Shown here: piece by piece, positions 29,482-38,769 of the stretch
Position numbering within the stretch: position 1 is the first letter of the stretch
Layout: every line of letters starts with the position of its first letter
Assembly: GCA_963719505.1 (NCBI GenBank)
Contig: CAVRCF010000003.1
Coordinates: 256,001 to 320,000 of the forward strand
DNA from: Halobacteriovoraceae bacterium
Lineage (GTDB): Bacteria; Bdellovibrionota; Bacteriovoracia; Bacteriovoracales; Bacteriovoracaceae
Reading direction: 5' to 3'
DNA length: 64,000 nucleotides
The notes under the pieces: model-generated
Seen by the model: only the letters and a program-made list of their open reading frames with translations
The model's database searches: none
What the model was told of the DNA's origin: nothing
Program-made: the position numbers and the translations under genes

Positions 29482-30315
29482 ATGGAACAACGCTATAAAG
29501 AAGCACTGCGCAACCTCCAGAAGGCTAGTTTAACCAAGGCTAAAGGGAACGAGTACCGGGATAGACTATTTCCGGTTCACTGGTCGTATAGGGCAGTTGA
29601 GACCATTGTGAAGGCACCAGCTAGCCCCAAACCTGAATCCGAAAAAGCCAAAGTGATTGAATCGTTTAAAGACTTTAGTAAAAACTTAATTTCTCAAAAT
29701 GATAATAATTCTGTAAAGCTTGATAACATCGAAATATCCACAAAATCCAAAGACTCTCAGTTTAAAGATCCCGACGCTCTTACTCAGGAAAAGCTTGTGG
29801 CAATGACATCACAATCTTCTTTTGAAGCCAGGTACAGAGGAGATCTTCTGAATGTCGAAAAACTCGATGTCATTTTTGTGTCGGATAATCTTCTTGATGT
29901 TGATTTGGATAAAGCGGACGAGCTTGCACCATTTAAAGCGTTATTTGACGAAAGCACGGCTATTTTATTCTCTAAAATGGTTGGTGCCATGAAGCTTAGA
30001 GAGGAGAGTTTTCTCCTGACGGCCATCGCTTTTGATAAAGATGAATCGGCTAAAGATCTTACTGAGCTGGTTTTGTCTGAAATCTCCCATTTCAAGCCAA
30101 AGCTTGTGATTACCTTAGGCGTCTCTGCTAGCCATGCCCTTATTGACACCAAAGAGAGACTTAAGGACTTACATGGGAATTTTTACCCACTCACCATAGG
30201 TGAATTTTCTAGCGAGATCATGCCGTTATTCTCTCCAAGTCTGCTAAATTCCGCCCCTCACATGAAAAGTATCACATGGGTTGATATGCAAAAAGCGATG
30301 GAAAAGTTAACGTAA
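29482..30315 (+). CDS. Degenerate uracil-DNA glycosylase family-4-like protein
   Basis: EISHFKPKLVITLG.SA.HAL and MPLFSPSLL..P.MK...W.DM match the UDG-4 C-terminal half; start uncertain. Confidence 0.6.
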   Translation: MEQRYKEALRNLQKASLTKAKGNEYRDRLFPVHWSYRAVETIVKAPASPKPESEKAKVIESFKDFSKNLISQNDNNSVKLDNIEISTKSKDSQFKDPDALTQEKLVAMTSQSSFEARYRGDLLNVEKLDVIFVSDNLLDVDLDKADELAPFKALFDESTAILFSKMVGAMKLREESFLLTAIAFDKDESAKDLTELVLSEISHFKPKLVITLGVSASHALIDTKERLKDLHGNFYPLTIGEFSSEIMPLFSPSLLNSAPHMKSITWVDMQKAMEKLT

Positions 30316-30358
30316 TAGATCCTTGAAATCATTGCACTTTGTCGATACAATTATCGAG

Positions 30359-31513
30359 ATGAGAATTCTAGGATTGAATTTATTACTTCTTACCACTTTT
30401 AGCTCGCACTTAATAGCGAGTGAGCCTGAGATAAAAGTGCGTATAGGAAGATCTCTTCATGAAATTTCCTTGTCTGGATCAGACATAAAACAAGAAATCA
30501 GAGGCAATTCCGTTAAAAAAATCTTTCCTGGCAGAAAAAGCATCGCTTTTAATTGTGATCCTGTTTTAAGGAAGCTTAAAAGACATAAGCCTTTGATGTT
30601 GACGTCTCTCAATTCTAAGACTGGCCTTATTAAATGGAATAAAACTGGTTATGTAGGGAAGCTAAATATTGTCACTTCTATTAACCGCACAGGCTGTGAC
30701 CTCATAAATCAAATCCCTCTTGAAACCTATATTAGTTCACTTCTTTCAAAAGAGATGAGCCCAGAATGGCCTCTCGAAGCTCTAAAAGCTCAGGCTGTTG
30801 CAGCTCGTAGTTATGCTTATCACAAGATGATAACGAAGCAGGTCTCAAATGATAACGGGTTTAATGTTTTCTACGACCTCGAAAACTCAGAAAAGCATCA
30901 AGTTAACGGATCTTTTTTTGATACGACAGCATCGACGACAATGGCTTCGAAGCAAACTGAAGGTCAAGTTTTAATCATTGGTACCTCGGAGCTGACACCT
31001 ATATTCTTTCATTCAAAATGTGGGGGAAAGACATTGAGGCCCGATCAAGTTTGGACAAATTATGTTAAAGGCTATCAATCTGTAGACTGTCCATTTTGTC
31101 ATAAGCATGGGAAGAAAAACTGGTCTCATACAATGAAAAAATCTAAGTTTAAAACCATGGTTAATACCACATTAAAAAGTTATCAGAACGATTCCCTCAA
31201 AAGTAGAAGTCTCTCTCAATTTAGGATGACTCCAGATTCAAAAAATCGAGCTTATATTAGAGTTTACGATGATGAAAGACAGCTGCAGGTAAAAAAATCG
31301 AGGCTAAGATCATTACTTGGTAGAAATAAAGCCGCTTCAAACTATTATCAGATTTCAGACGAAGGTGATTCTATAAAACTGGAGGGTAAAGGCTTTGGAC
31401 ACGGAGTTGGTTTGTGTCAGTATGGAGCCTTTGAGTTAGCAAAAAGAGGATACACTTATAAACAAATATTATCTCATTATTTTCCTGAGCATAGCTTAAA
31501 AAAGATTTATTAA
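30359..31513 (+). CDS. SpoIID/LytB-domain lytic transglycosylase
   Basis: LETY...EM...WPLEALKAQAVAARSYA, FHSKCGG, GFGHGVGLCQYGA, QILSHYFP. Confidence 0.92.
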   Translation: MRILGLNLLLLTTFSSHLIASEPEIKVRIGRSLHEISLSGSDIKQEIRGNSVKKIFPGRKSIAFNCDPVLRKLKRHKPLMLTSLNSKTGLIKWNKTGYVGKLNIVTSINRTGCDLINQIPLETYISSLLSKEMSPEWPLEALKAQAVAARSYAYHKMITKQVSNDNGFNVFYDLENSEKHQVNGSFFDTTASTTMASKQTEGQVLIIGTSELTPIFFHSKCGGKTLRPDQVWTNYVKGYQSVDCPFCHKHGKKNWSHTMKKSKFKTMVNTTLKSYQNDSLKSRSLSQFRMTPDSKNRAYIRVYDDERQLQVKKSRLRSLLGRNKAASNYYQISDEGDSIKLEGKGFGHGVGLCQYGAFELAKRGYTYKQILSHYFPEHSLKKIY

Positions 31514-31516
31514 ACC

Positions 31517-32275
31517 ATGAAGTACTTTCTTCTTTTCCTTTTCATAAGCTTTTCTGTGAACGCCTTTGTCGTTCTCATCGATCCTGGTCATGGTGGAGAG
31601 GAACTTGGTGCTCTAACTAGAGTTTGGGTTAAAAAAAATGGAGAAAAGAAGACAAAGAATATCTATGAGAAGGATCTAGCGTTAAAACTAGCCAAAAGTG
31701 TTAAGTCAAAACTCGAAAGAAAACACACAACTTATCTGACAAGAAGTATTGATCGAACTGTCACGTTGAATGAGAGAGCGAATATGGCCGAGACCGTGAA
31801 AGCCGACCTCTTTGTCTCCATTCATTTTAACTCTGCTACTGAAAAAGAATATAGTGGCTTTGAAACTTACTACTTGGATAATCATGCAGATAAAGCGATT
31901 GAGAAAGTGGAAAATGTTGAAAATAAATATCTGCTTGGAGCAGAGAAGGTTGTTAATCAAATCCTTATTGATCTCGTTATTCAAAAAACTGTGCCAAGCT
32001 CAAAGAAGCTTGCAAATTTAATCCACTCAGAAATAGCAAACACCGTTGAGTCTAAGTTTAAAATGAAAGATAGAGGAATAAAGCCTGGACTCTTTTATGT
32101 TCTGGCCCTTTCAAAAAGACCAGGTGTTTTGATTGAAGCTGGGTTTATGTCAAATCCTGAAGAGCTTAGAAAAGTGCAATCTAAAAGCTTTATAGAGAAC
32201 TATGCCCAAGCTATTGCGATCGGTATAGAAAAGTATCTCATGACTCTACCACCGAGGGACATTCCTCTTTTTTAG
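31517..32275 (+). CDS. N-acetylmuramoyl-L-alanine amidase (Amidase_3)
   Basis: IDPGHGG, EKD, FVSIHFN, LIEAGFMSN; signal peptide. Confidence 0.93.
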   Translation: MKYFLLFLFISFSVNAFVVLIDPGHGGEELGALTRVWVKKNGEKKTKNIYEKDLALKLAKSVKSKLERKHTTYLTRSIDRTVTLNERANMAETVKADLFVSIHFNSATEKEYSGFETYYLDNHADKAIEKVENVENKYLLGAEKVVNQILIDLVIQKTVPSSKKLANLIHSEIANTVESKFKMKDRGIKPGLFYVLALSKRPGVLIEAGFMSNPEELRKVQSKSFIENYAQAIAIGIEKYLMTLPPRDIPLF

Positions 32276-32290
32276 GCTGATAAAAAAAGC

Positions 32291-32366
32291 AAAAAAAAAT
32301 GCGCAAAACCGAAGTTTTGCGCAATTGAGAGAGGGAGAGAGTACAAAAACGATAAATCGTCTTTGT
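32291..32366 (-). ncRNA. Candidate small regulatory RNA with CU-rich seed
   Basis: Extended -10 TG-T-TAATTT, 5' hairpin, CUCUCUCCCUCUCUC linker, UUCG terminator with U tract; no minus-strand ORF. Confidence 0.65.
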
Positions 32367-32499
32367 GTAATCAAATTAACACGTCACAATATTTTAATAA
32401 ATAACAAAAGCCTATTGGTGTAAATGTTACATATCTCAATGGAGCGAGGTAGAAATTACCGCAAGGGCTTTTTACGAACTTCTCGCTATAATAAAACAA

Positions 32500-33462
32500 A
32501 TGAAAAATCGAATAGTTAGCAAAATTAAAAGCGAGAAGATCTTTAAGTCTGAAGACTCGAAGTTTATTCTTGCGACAGCTTTAAAGGTGTCCACGGCGTA
32601 CCTTGTTTGCGCTATTTTTGTTGTTTACGCTATCTGGCTGCTAATGTCGGTCAATAATACCTTCTTTGAGGCCAATGGCTTTTTTAGATTTGAGGGGATG
32701 GATTCAGCTTTTTTTGATTTTGTGGGCTCAAGGCTTGCTCAAAACTTTTGGTATTTACTGGTTTTCTATATTTTACTCTTTTTTGCGGGGATATATCTTG
32801 CGAAAATTCTACTGAGACCCTTTAGCTTGATTGGAGAATATTGCGATAACGCAGCTGATGATCCCAATGCCGTTTACAATCCCGATACGTTTTCAGATTT
32901 CAAGCTTCTCACTGGCTTCAGTGAATTTTTCTTTCAGTATCTAAGGGAGATAAGACTTGATAAAAAAATGAAATCAAATAGTATTCCTCCCTCTTTTTCA
33001 AAGGTGAGAGGACCTGTTTTTGATAGAGTTTTCTTTTTTCATTTTTTTCTCTTTATTTCAATAATAGCCATTTGCACGATAAGCTTTATCTCATTTATTA
33101 CAACTGAGGTTTATCAGTCAGTTATTGAACTTGCGATTTCCTCAATTCCTCAAAGTGGGAAAGAAGTCGCTTATTTTTTAAAGAATCAAGAAAGTCTGTA
33201 TAATTCTGTCCAGTATATGGCGATTGGAATTTTAATCATTTGTTATTTAAGTTTATCCGTTCACCTTTATGGAAAAGTCAGTGGAGCGGTGTTTGGATTT
33301 TTCTCTACCATGAGATCATTCATGAAAGGAAATATTAAAGCGAGGATTCATTTGGTGGGCTATCCTCATATTAGGCCTTATAGTAGAGCGTTCAATAAGT
33401 ATTTAGACTTAGTATGTAGAGAGATAGAGGCCGATAAGAAAACAAAATCTCTCAAAGAGTAA
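32500..33462 (+). CDS. Hypothetical membrane protein with two TM-TM-HAMP-like halves
   Basis: Four hydrophobic segments; LRPF and MKGNIKARI HAMP-like segments. Confidence 0.6.
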   Translation: MKNRIVSKIKSEKIFKSEDSKFILATALKVSTAYLVCAIFVVYAIWLLMSVNNTFFEANGFFRFEGMDSAFFDFVGSRLAQNFWYLLVFYILLFFAGIYLAKILLRPFSLIGEYCDNAADDPNAVYNPDTFSDFKLLTGFSEFFFQYLREIRLDKKMKSNSIPPSFSKVRGPVFDRVFFFHFFLFISIIAICTISFISFITTEVYQSVIELAISSIPQSGKEVAYFLKNQESLYNSVQYMAIGILIICYLSLSVHLYGKVSGAVFGFFSTMRSFMKGNIKARIHLVGYPHIRPYSRAFNKYLDLVCREIEADKKTKSLKE

Positions 33463-33573
33463 CAAAGTGTAACAAATGGCAAAAGTGCTTTAAATTAATG
33501 GCCCTGTGCCGATATAATAAATAATAACAAAAGTAAGAATAATATTACTCAAATAATAAAAAAAGGAAAAACG

Positions 33574-34350
33574 ATGAAATTATTAAGTTTACTATTTATC
33601 CTTTGTTTATCAGTGACTTCATGTCAGGTAAATAAAGAGCAGTTGAAGGAAATCCTAAAGAAGAACCCAGACGTTCTCACTGATGCGATTAAAGAAAACC
33701 CTGATACTTTTATCGAAGCCTTGAACGAAGCTGTAAAGTCGGCTCAAGCTGGACAAGCTAAGAAGAGACAAGATGAAGAAAAGAAACAACTAGAAGATAG
33801 CTTCAACAATCCTTTAAAAGCACAAATCAGAGACGATGAAATGTTTAGAGGAAATGAAGATGCTAAAATTACTCTTATTGAGTATTCAGACTTCGAATGT
33901 CCTTATTGTAAAAGAGGGTACTCTACAGTTATGGAGCTTATGGAGAAATATAAAGGTGAGATCAGATTTGTTTATAAGCACCTTCCCCTATCTTTTCACC
34001 CAAATGCGATGCCAGCTTCTCAGTACTATGAAGCTTTAAGACTGCAAAAAGAAGAACTTGCAGCTAAGTTTCATGATGAACTTTATGAAAATCAAGGAAA
34101 GTTGAGACAAGGTGAGAAGTTCTTTAAGACTGTAGCAAAAAAACTAGGTGCTAATATGACGAAATTAGCTAAGGACGTTAAATCTGAAGAAGTTCAAAAA
34201 AGAATTGATGAGGATCTAGCAGAAGCGAAAAAATTTGGTTTTAACGGTACTCCAGGATTCTTATTAAATGGTGTCCCTGTAAGAGGAGCATATCCTGCAA
34301 GTCACTTCGATGGCATTATAGAAGAACTTAAAAAACGCGGAAAGATTTAG
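33574..34350 (+). CDS. DsbA-family thiol-disulfide oxidoreductase lipoprotein
   Basis: Lipobox VTSC, EYSDFECPYC, GTP cis-Pro loop. Confidence 0.92.
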   Translation: MKLLSLLFILCLSVTSCQVNKEQLKEILKKNPDVLTDAIKENPDTFIEALNEAVKSAQAGQAKKRQDEEKKQLEDSFNNPLKAQIRDDEMFRGNEDAKITLIEYSDFECPYCKRGYSTVMELMEKYKGEIRFVYKHLPLSFHPNAMPASQYYEALRLQKEELAAKFHDELYENQGKLRQGEKFFKTVAKKLGANMTKLAKDVKSEEVQKRIDEDLAEAKKFGFNGTPGFLLNGVPVRGAYPASHFDGIIEELKKRGKI

Positions 34351-34381
34351 TTTATTTTCGTGTGATAAATACTTTGATAAG

Positions 34382-34412
34382 AAGGCCCACTTTTATAAGT
34401 GGGCTTTTTTTT
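34382..34412 (+). terminator. Intrinsic terminator
   Basis: GCCCACTT/AAGTGGGC stem followed by a T tract. Confidence 0.8.
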
Positions 34413-34413
34413 G

Positions 34414-35619
34414 TTAATAAATAAGATCCAGTTTAGAGTCGCTAATTGAGATATAGTCCTGAGATAAGTATGACGTTGGACTAAATTCGACGCTCGTTCT
34501 AATAAACTCTTTTACAATATTATCTTGCAGGTTTCGAGCGGGAGTCTTATCTGCATAAGGAGTTGTTTGGTTTAAAACCGCAAACCTCGTCTTACTATCA
34601 TTTAAAAGGTAGCCCGCAAATGCGGAAGTATCATTAAGAGTTCCAGACTTTGCTACGATTTTTTTATTGAAGTTTCCTTGAAACCTTTTCTCCATTGTTC
34701 CCGCATCACTTCCAGGAACGGCAATGATCTTGGTCATATCAATTTTGAGCTCCTCGAGTGTTGAACTAAGCTCTTCTAACATTCTTAAAGTCAGACGACA
34801 TGTTGTGTAGTTAGCACCGAGTCCTGAGCCTGTATAAAAGTAGATCTCACTTGAGTTCGTATTAAGTTTTGTCGTGATGTAGTCGTTAAAGCTTTTTTCT
34901 CCTCCAAGGTAGTTGAAAATTGCATCAGTGTAAAAATTATTTGAATACATATTAACTTGTTTGAAATGTTTAATGATGGGAGAGGATTCAAATGAGAGGC
35001 TCAGATTCGCTCTGTCAGCTTTTCTCTTTGAACGTGAAGCTTTAGCTGCAGAAAAGGATGAAAATGTTAGGGGGTCTCTGCCTTCTTGTTTAAGATGTCT
35101 ATTCACTTGATGATATGTTTGCTTGAGAAGGTTGTCCCATTTATTGGTCTTAAAAACTTTAAGAAGTCTGCTCGCAATTTTCTTTGAGTCGCTTGTCCAG
35201 TTATAAGAGAAGGCACTGTCAAAATGAATCTTAGAGATTCTTTTCGTTCCGGAGACAAAAAGTTTGTCCATTATAAGCATGATATTTTCAGAGACAAAAT
35301 AGGGATCAAAGCCACCTTCGATAAAAAGTTCATCGCCCACAAGATGAAATTGTGTTTTAAACCTAAATTGAGGACCAAGTCTCTCCATGGCCCAAAGGGT
35401 TGTATAGAGCTTGGATACAGAAGCGGGTTTTGTTACTTGGTCAATATTTTGACCCTGGATACCTGTCTCATCTTCAAAGCAAAAGCTCTGGTCAGCGAAC
35501 TCTAAATCGGCTCTCTTTACCTGTGTTTCCCAGTAGATAGACAGATCGTTGGTTGCGAAACCGGAGATAAAGATTAATGAGAATACTGTAAGGGTCAGTA
35601 CTAGAGGTGCTTTCATCAT
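34414..35619 (-). CDS. DacB/PBP4-like DD-carboxy/endopeptidase (S13)
   Basis: PASVSK (SxxK), YSNN (SxN), KSGT; N-terminal signal. Confidence 0.88.
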   Translation of the reverse strand: MMKAPLVLTLTVFSLIFISGFATNDLSIYWETQVKRADLEFADQSFCFEDETGIQGQNIDQVTKPASVSKLYTTLWAMERLGPQFRFKTQFHLVGDELFIEGGFDPYFVSENIMLIMDKLFVSGTKRISKIHFDSAFSYNWTSDSKKIASRLLKVFKTNKWDNLLKQTYHQVNRHLKQEGRDPLTFSSFSAAKASRSKRKADRANLSLSFESSPIIKHFKQVNMYSNNFYTDAIFNYLGGEKSFNDYITTKLNTNSSEIYFYTGSGLGANYTTCRLTLRMLEELSSTLEELKIDMTKIIAVPGSDAGTMEKRFQGNFNKKIVAKSGTLNDTSAFAGYLLNDSKTRFAVLNQTTPYADKTPARNLQDNIVKEFIRTSVEFSPTSYLSQDYISISDSKLDLIY

Positions 35620-35805
35620 TGTCCTTTTGTGAATAACTTTTCTACAAAAATGGTAACTTTGTGGCAAGCCAATAGGGATGGGGCAGTAAGCATTTCACAC
35701 TTTTTAAATCTTTTTTGTAAATATTACAAAATAAAGTTTGCCATAGACCTAAAAATTCGTAATGATTTTCCTACAGTATTATTAACATTGACATTAGGAG
35801 TTCAC

Positions 35806-36084
35806 ATGAACAGAAAAGAATTAGTAGAAGCTATCCTTTCAAACAAAGCACTTAACCATTTAACTAAAAAAGATGCTGATGCATTCATCAACACAACTTT
35901 AGACACTATCAAAAAAGCTGTTAAAAAAGGTGACGATGTATCTCTAGTAGGTTTCGGTACTTTCACAAAAGTTAAAAGAGCAGCTAGAACTGGTGTAAAC
36001 CCAGCAACTGGTGAAAAAATCAAAATTAAAGCAAAAACTCTTCCAAAATTCCGTCCAGGAAAAGCTTGGAAAGAAATGTTCTAA
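35806..36084 (+). CDS. hup: DNA-binding protein HU
   Basis: GFGTF...RAARTGVNPATGEKIKI...PKFRPGK; AGGAG Shine-Dalgarno. Confidence 0.95.
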   Translation: MNRKELVEAILSNKALNHLTKKDADAFINTTLDTIKKAVKKGDDVSLVGFGTFTKVKRAARTGVNPATGEKIKIKAKTLPKFRPGKAWKEMF

Positions 36085-36153
36085 TTTGATTTTTTAAAAT
36101 CAATTAAACAAAATTGGGGAGGCGTTGGTCTCCCTTTTTTATTTGGAGACTTT

Positions 36154-36570
36154 ATGGAACTGATTATACCAATTACAATTTTATTCATACTCACAATCTT
36201 TTCGATACTCTTGATGGGCTACAGTCGGGTGACGTCTGTGAAAAAAGGTTTGGTAAAAGCGGGATACTTTAAGGTTTATCAAAATAAAAGTGAAGCTCCT
36301 TTACCTGAAACTATGGTCAGATATGCCCGTCATTATAATAATCTGCTCGAGCTTCCAGTTTTGTTTTATGTTAGTTGTCTGGTGGCGATGCACTTTCAAT
36401 TAAGCGCAGTTGTTGAGAGTTGGGCTTGGTTTTTTGTTTTAACAAGACTCCTTCAATCCACCGTGCACTTAACTTCTAATTTTATTCCTCTTAGAATGTT
36501 GAGCTTTGTACTCAACATCATTGCACTTTGTGGCATGTGGATCACTTTAGTCGGCAATATTTACCCCTAA
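36154..36570 (+). CDS. MAPEG-family membrane protein
   Basis: HYNNLLELPVLFY, R..QS.VH motifs. Confidence 0.8.
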   Translation: MELIIPITILFILTIFSILLMGYSRVTSVKKGLVKAGYFKVYQNKSEAPLPETMVRYARHYNNLLELPVLFYVSCLVAMHFQLSAVVESWAWFFVLTRLLQSTVHLTSNFIPLRMLSFVLNIIALCGMWITLVGNIYP

Positions 36571-36668
36571 ATAAAATCTGGTAAGTCATTAATTTGACGA
36601 TAATTATCTAAATCTGCACAAAGGATTCAAATTTTTTAGGCAGAAATTTCTCTATCGGCAGTAACTAC

Positions 36669-36697
36669 TTGATCTAAAGATGGTGAACAGCTATAAT
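36669..36697 (+). promoter_or_regulatory. Sigma-70 promoter of the fliL operon
   Basis: TTGATC-N17-TATAAT. Confidence 0.7.
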
Positions 36698-36754
36698 TTT
36701 GACATAAGGGCATAGGATTTTTGCCTGAATTGGTTAACCTAAGGAGAGGGATAA

Positions 36755-37303
36755 ATGGCCGAAGAAGAAAACACTCAAGGCTCTGAAGCAAAACCTGCTA
36801 AGACTCCTAGTTCAAAAAATCCATTGGTCGCAATTCTCCTCGTTCTAAATATGCTCGCTTTAGGGGCTGTTGCATTTATGCAATATAAGTTTATGGAGAT
36901 GGAATCTAATAAACCAGATCTTTCAAAGTTACTTGCTGAAAGTAATAATGTTAATCCAGATTTGGCATCAGAGGCGTTACCCACTGAAGATCTTAAGAAG
37001 GAGTCACTTCTTGATCTCGAAACATTCACAGTGAACTTGGCCCAAGGTGACGGTCCAAGAAGGTATGTTAGGCTACAAGCCGTGTTGAAGATGAGTGAAG
37101 ACTCAGACTCGACAGAAGTTGAAGCAAGAAAACCTCAAATTAGGGATACTGTTATTAGTATTCTCAATTCAAAAAGACCTGAGGATTTACTAAAAAGAGA
37201 CGGAAAACTTTATTTGAAAGAACAAATAAAATCAGCGATAAATTCTTACTTAATCGACGGCAAAGTTGTTGACGTTTTTTATGTAGGATTTCAAATAAAC
37301 TAG
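36755..37303 (+). CDS. fliL: Flagellar basal body-associated protein
   Basis: N-terminal TM, FTVNL, PQIRD; first gene of the fli operon. Confidence 0.93.
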   Translation: MAEEENTQGSEAKPAKTPSSKNPLVAILLVLNMLALGAVAFMQYKFMEMESNKPDLSKLLAESNNVNPDLASEALPTEDLKKESLLDLETFTVNLAQGDGPRRYVRLQAVLKMSEDSDSTEVEARKPQIRDTVISILNSKRPEDLLKRDGKLYLKEQIKSAINSYLIDGKVVDVFYVGFQIN

Positions 37304-37377
37304 TTAGCCTAGTTTAAGAAAGTTAAAGTTATGATGAGCAGGATGCTCTTCAAGAAGAAGCCCAGGAGGGGACAGCA

Positions 37378-38382
37378 ATGAGTCAAGTTCTTAGTCAAGA
37401 CGAAGTTGATGCACTATTAAGCGCCGTAAATGATGATGAGTCAGATGAGCTAGGTGGTGGGATTGATGACTTTGATGATGATTATGATGATGATGATGGT
37501 TCTGAGAACGTTCAACCTTATGATCTAACAAATCAAGACAGGGTTATTCGTGGTAGGATGCCTATCCTTGAAATCATCTATGAGCGTTTTATTCGATCTT
37601 TTCGAGTTTCTTTATCAAATTCACTTAGAAAAATTTCAACTATTTCAATGATCTCAACAGACCTTTTAAAGTTTGGTGAATTCGTTAATACATTACCAAT
37701 CCCAAGTTGTATGTGCATTATGCGATTTAACGAATTAAGAGGACCAGCCCTTATCGTTTTTGAATCTAAGCTGGCTTATGCCATTATTGATTCATACTTT
37801 GGTGGAACTGATAGACCTTTTACAAAAATTGAAGGTAAAGAATTTACATCAATCGAATTGTCATTCATGAGAAGAGTAATGGATATGGCCATCACAGACC
37901 TTGAAGAAGCTTGGGCACCAGTTCACAAGATCGATGCACAGTACTCTAGAACAGAAATTAACCCTCAGTTTGTTGGAGTTGTTCCTCCATCAGACGTTAT
38001 TATTACAACGACTTTCGAGGTGGAATTTGAATCTGCTTCGGGAACAATTATGGTCGTTATTCCCTACTCAACAATTGAGCCTATTAAACAAAAACTCAGT
38101 TCAAGCTACCAATCAGAAAATGATACTGTGGACTCACTATGGACTCAGTCTATTCAAGAACATGTTAAGTTCGCTGAGGCAGAGGCTATTGTTAAGCTAG
38201 GTGACACCACGATGAGTGTTGGGGATCTTGTTGGTCTTCAGATTGGAGACATTATTCCTCTTAATCAGGAAGTATCAGGAGAGTTAACTCTAGAAATCGA
38301 AGGCGCTAAAAAACTTAGCTGTTTGATTGGTGAGTATAAAGGAAATCGAGCAGTACAAATTACTAAAAGGATAGAGGACTAG
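37378..38382 (+). CDS. fliM: Flagellar motor switch protein
   Basis: LSQDEVDALL CheY-binding motif, EINPQF, SpoA domain. Confidence 0.96.
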   Translation: MSQVLSQDEVDALLSAVNDDESDELGGGIDDFDDDYDDDDGSENVQPYDLTNQDRVIRGRMPILEIIYERFIRSFRVSLSNSLRKISTISMISTDLLKFGEFVNTLPIPSCMCIMRFNELRGPALIVFESKLAYAIIDSYFGGTDRPFTKIEGKEFTSIELSFMRRVMDMAITDLEEAWAPVHKIDAQYSRTEINPQFVGVVPPSDVIITTTFEVEFESASGTIMVVIPYSTIEPIKQKLSSSYQSENDTVDSLWTQSIQEHVKFAEAEAIVKLGDTTMSVGDLVGLQIGDIIPLNQEVSGELTLEIEGAKKLSCLIGEYKGNRAVQITKRIED

Positions 38383-38384
38383 TT

Positions 38385-38756
38385 ATGAGCGAAGAGCAAA
38401 ACAATGTAACACCCATTAGTGCAGATCAAAAAGATGCAATCTCACATCTTGCTGATCAAATCAAAACTGGTGATGATGCTCTTAATAAACTCAAAGTTCA
38501 AAACTTGGATTTTATTTTAGATATTCCTTTAAAGGTCAGCGTTGAGCTAGGACGAGCACACGTTGTCATTAAGGATCTTCTCCAACTTGGACAGGGTTCA
38601 GTTTTAGAGCTGGATAAACTTGCAGGAGAGCCACTTGAGGTTCTTGTCAATGGCAAGCTTGTTGCAAGAGGAGAGGTAGTGGTTGTGAATGAGAAATTCG
38701 GAATCAGACTTACAGATATTATTAGTCCGCTAGAAAGAATCGAAACACTTAAGTAG
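38385..38756 (+). CDS. fliN: Flagellar motor switch protein
   Basis: ILDIPLKVSVELG...GEVVVVNEKFGIR. Confidence 0.96.
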   Translation: MSEEQNNVTPISADQKDAISHLADQIKTGDDALNKLKVQNLDFILDIPLKVSVELGRAHVVIKDLLQLGQGSVLELDKLAGEPLEVLVNGKLVARGEVVVVNEKFGIRLTDIISPLERIETLK

Positions 38757-38769
38757 TAAGGTTAGTATT

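Noticed and set aside
35628-35636. DnaA box TTATTCACA between dacB-like and hup
   Set aside because: Single box; the same 9-mer occurs inside coding regions near 11569 and 54024, so it is compatible with chance
36708-36725. Sigma-54 promoter for fliL (GGCA...TTGC)
   Set aside because: GG-to-GC spacing is not the required N10; a good sigma-70 promoter lies just upstream and the sequence is better read as an RNA hairpin
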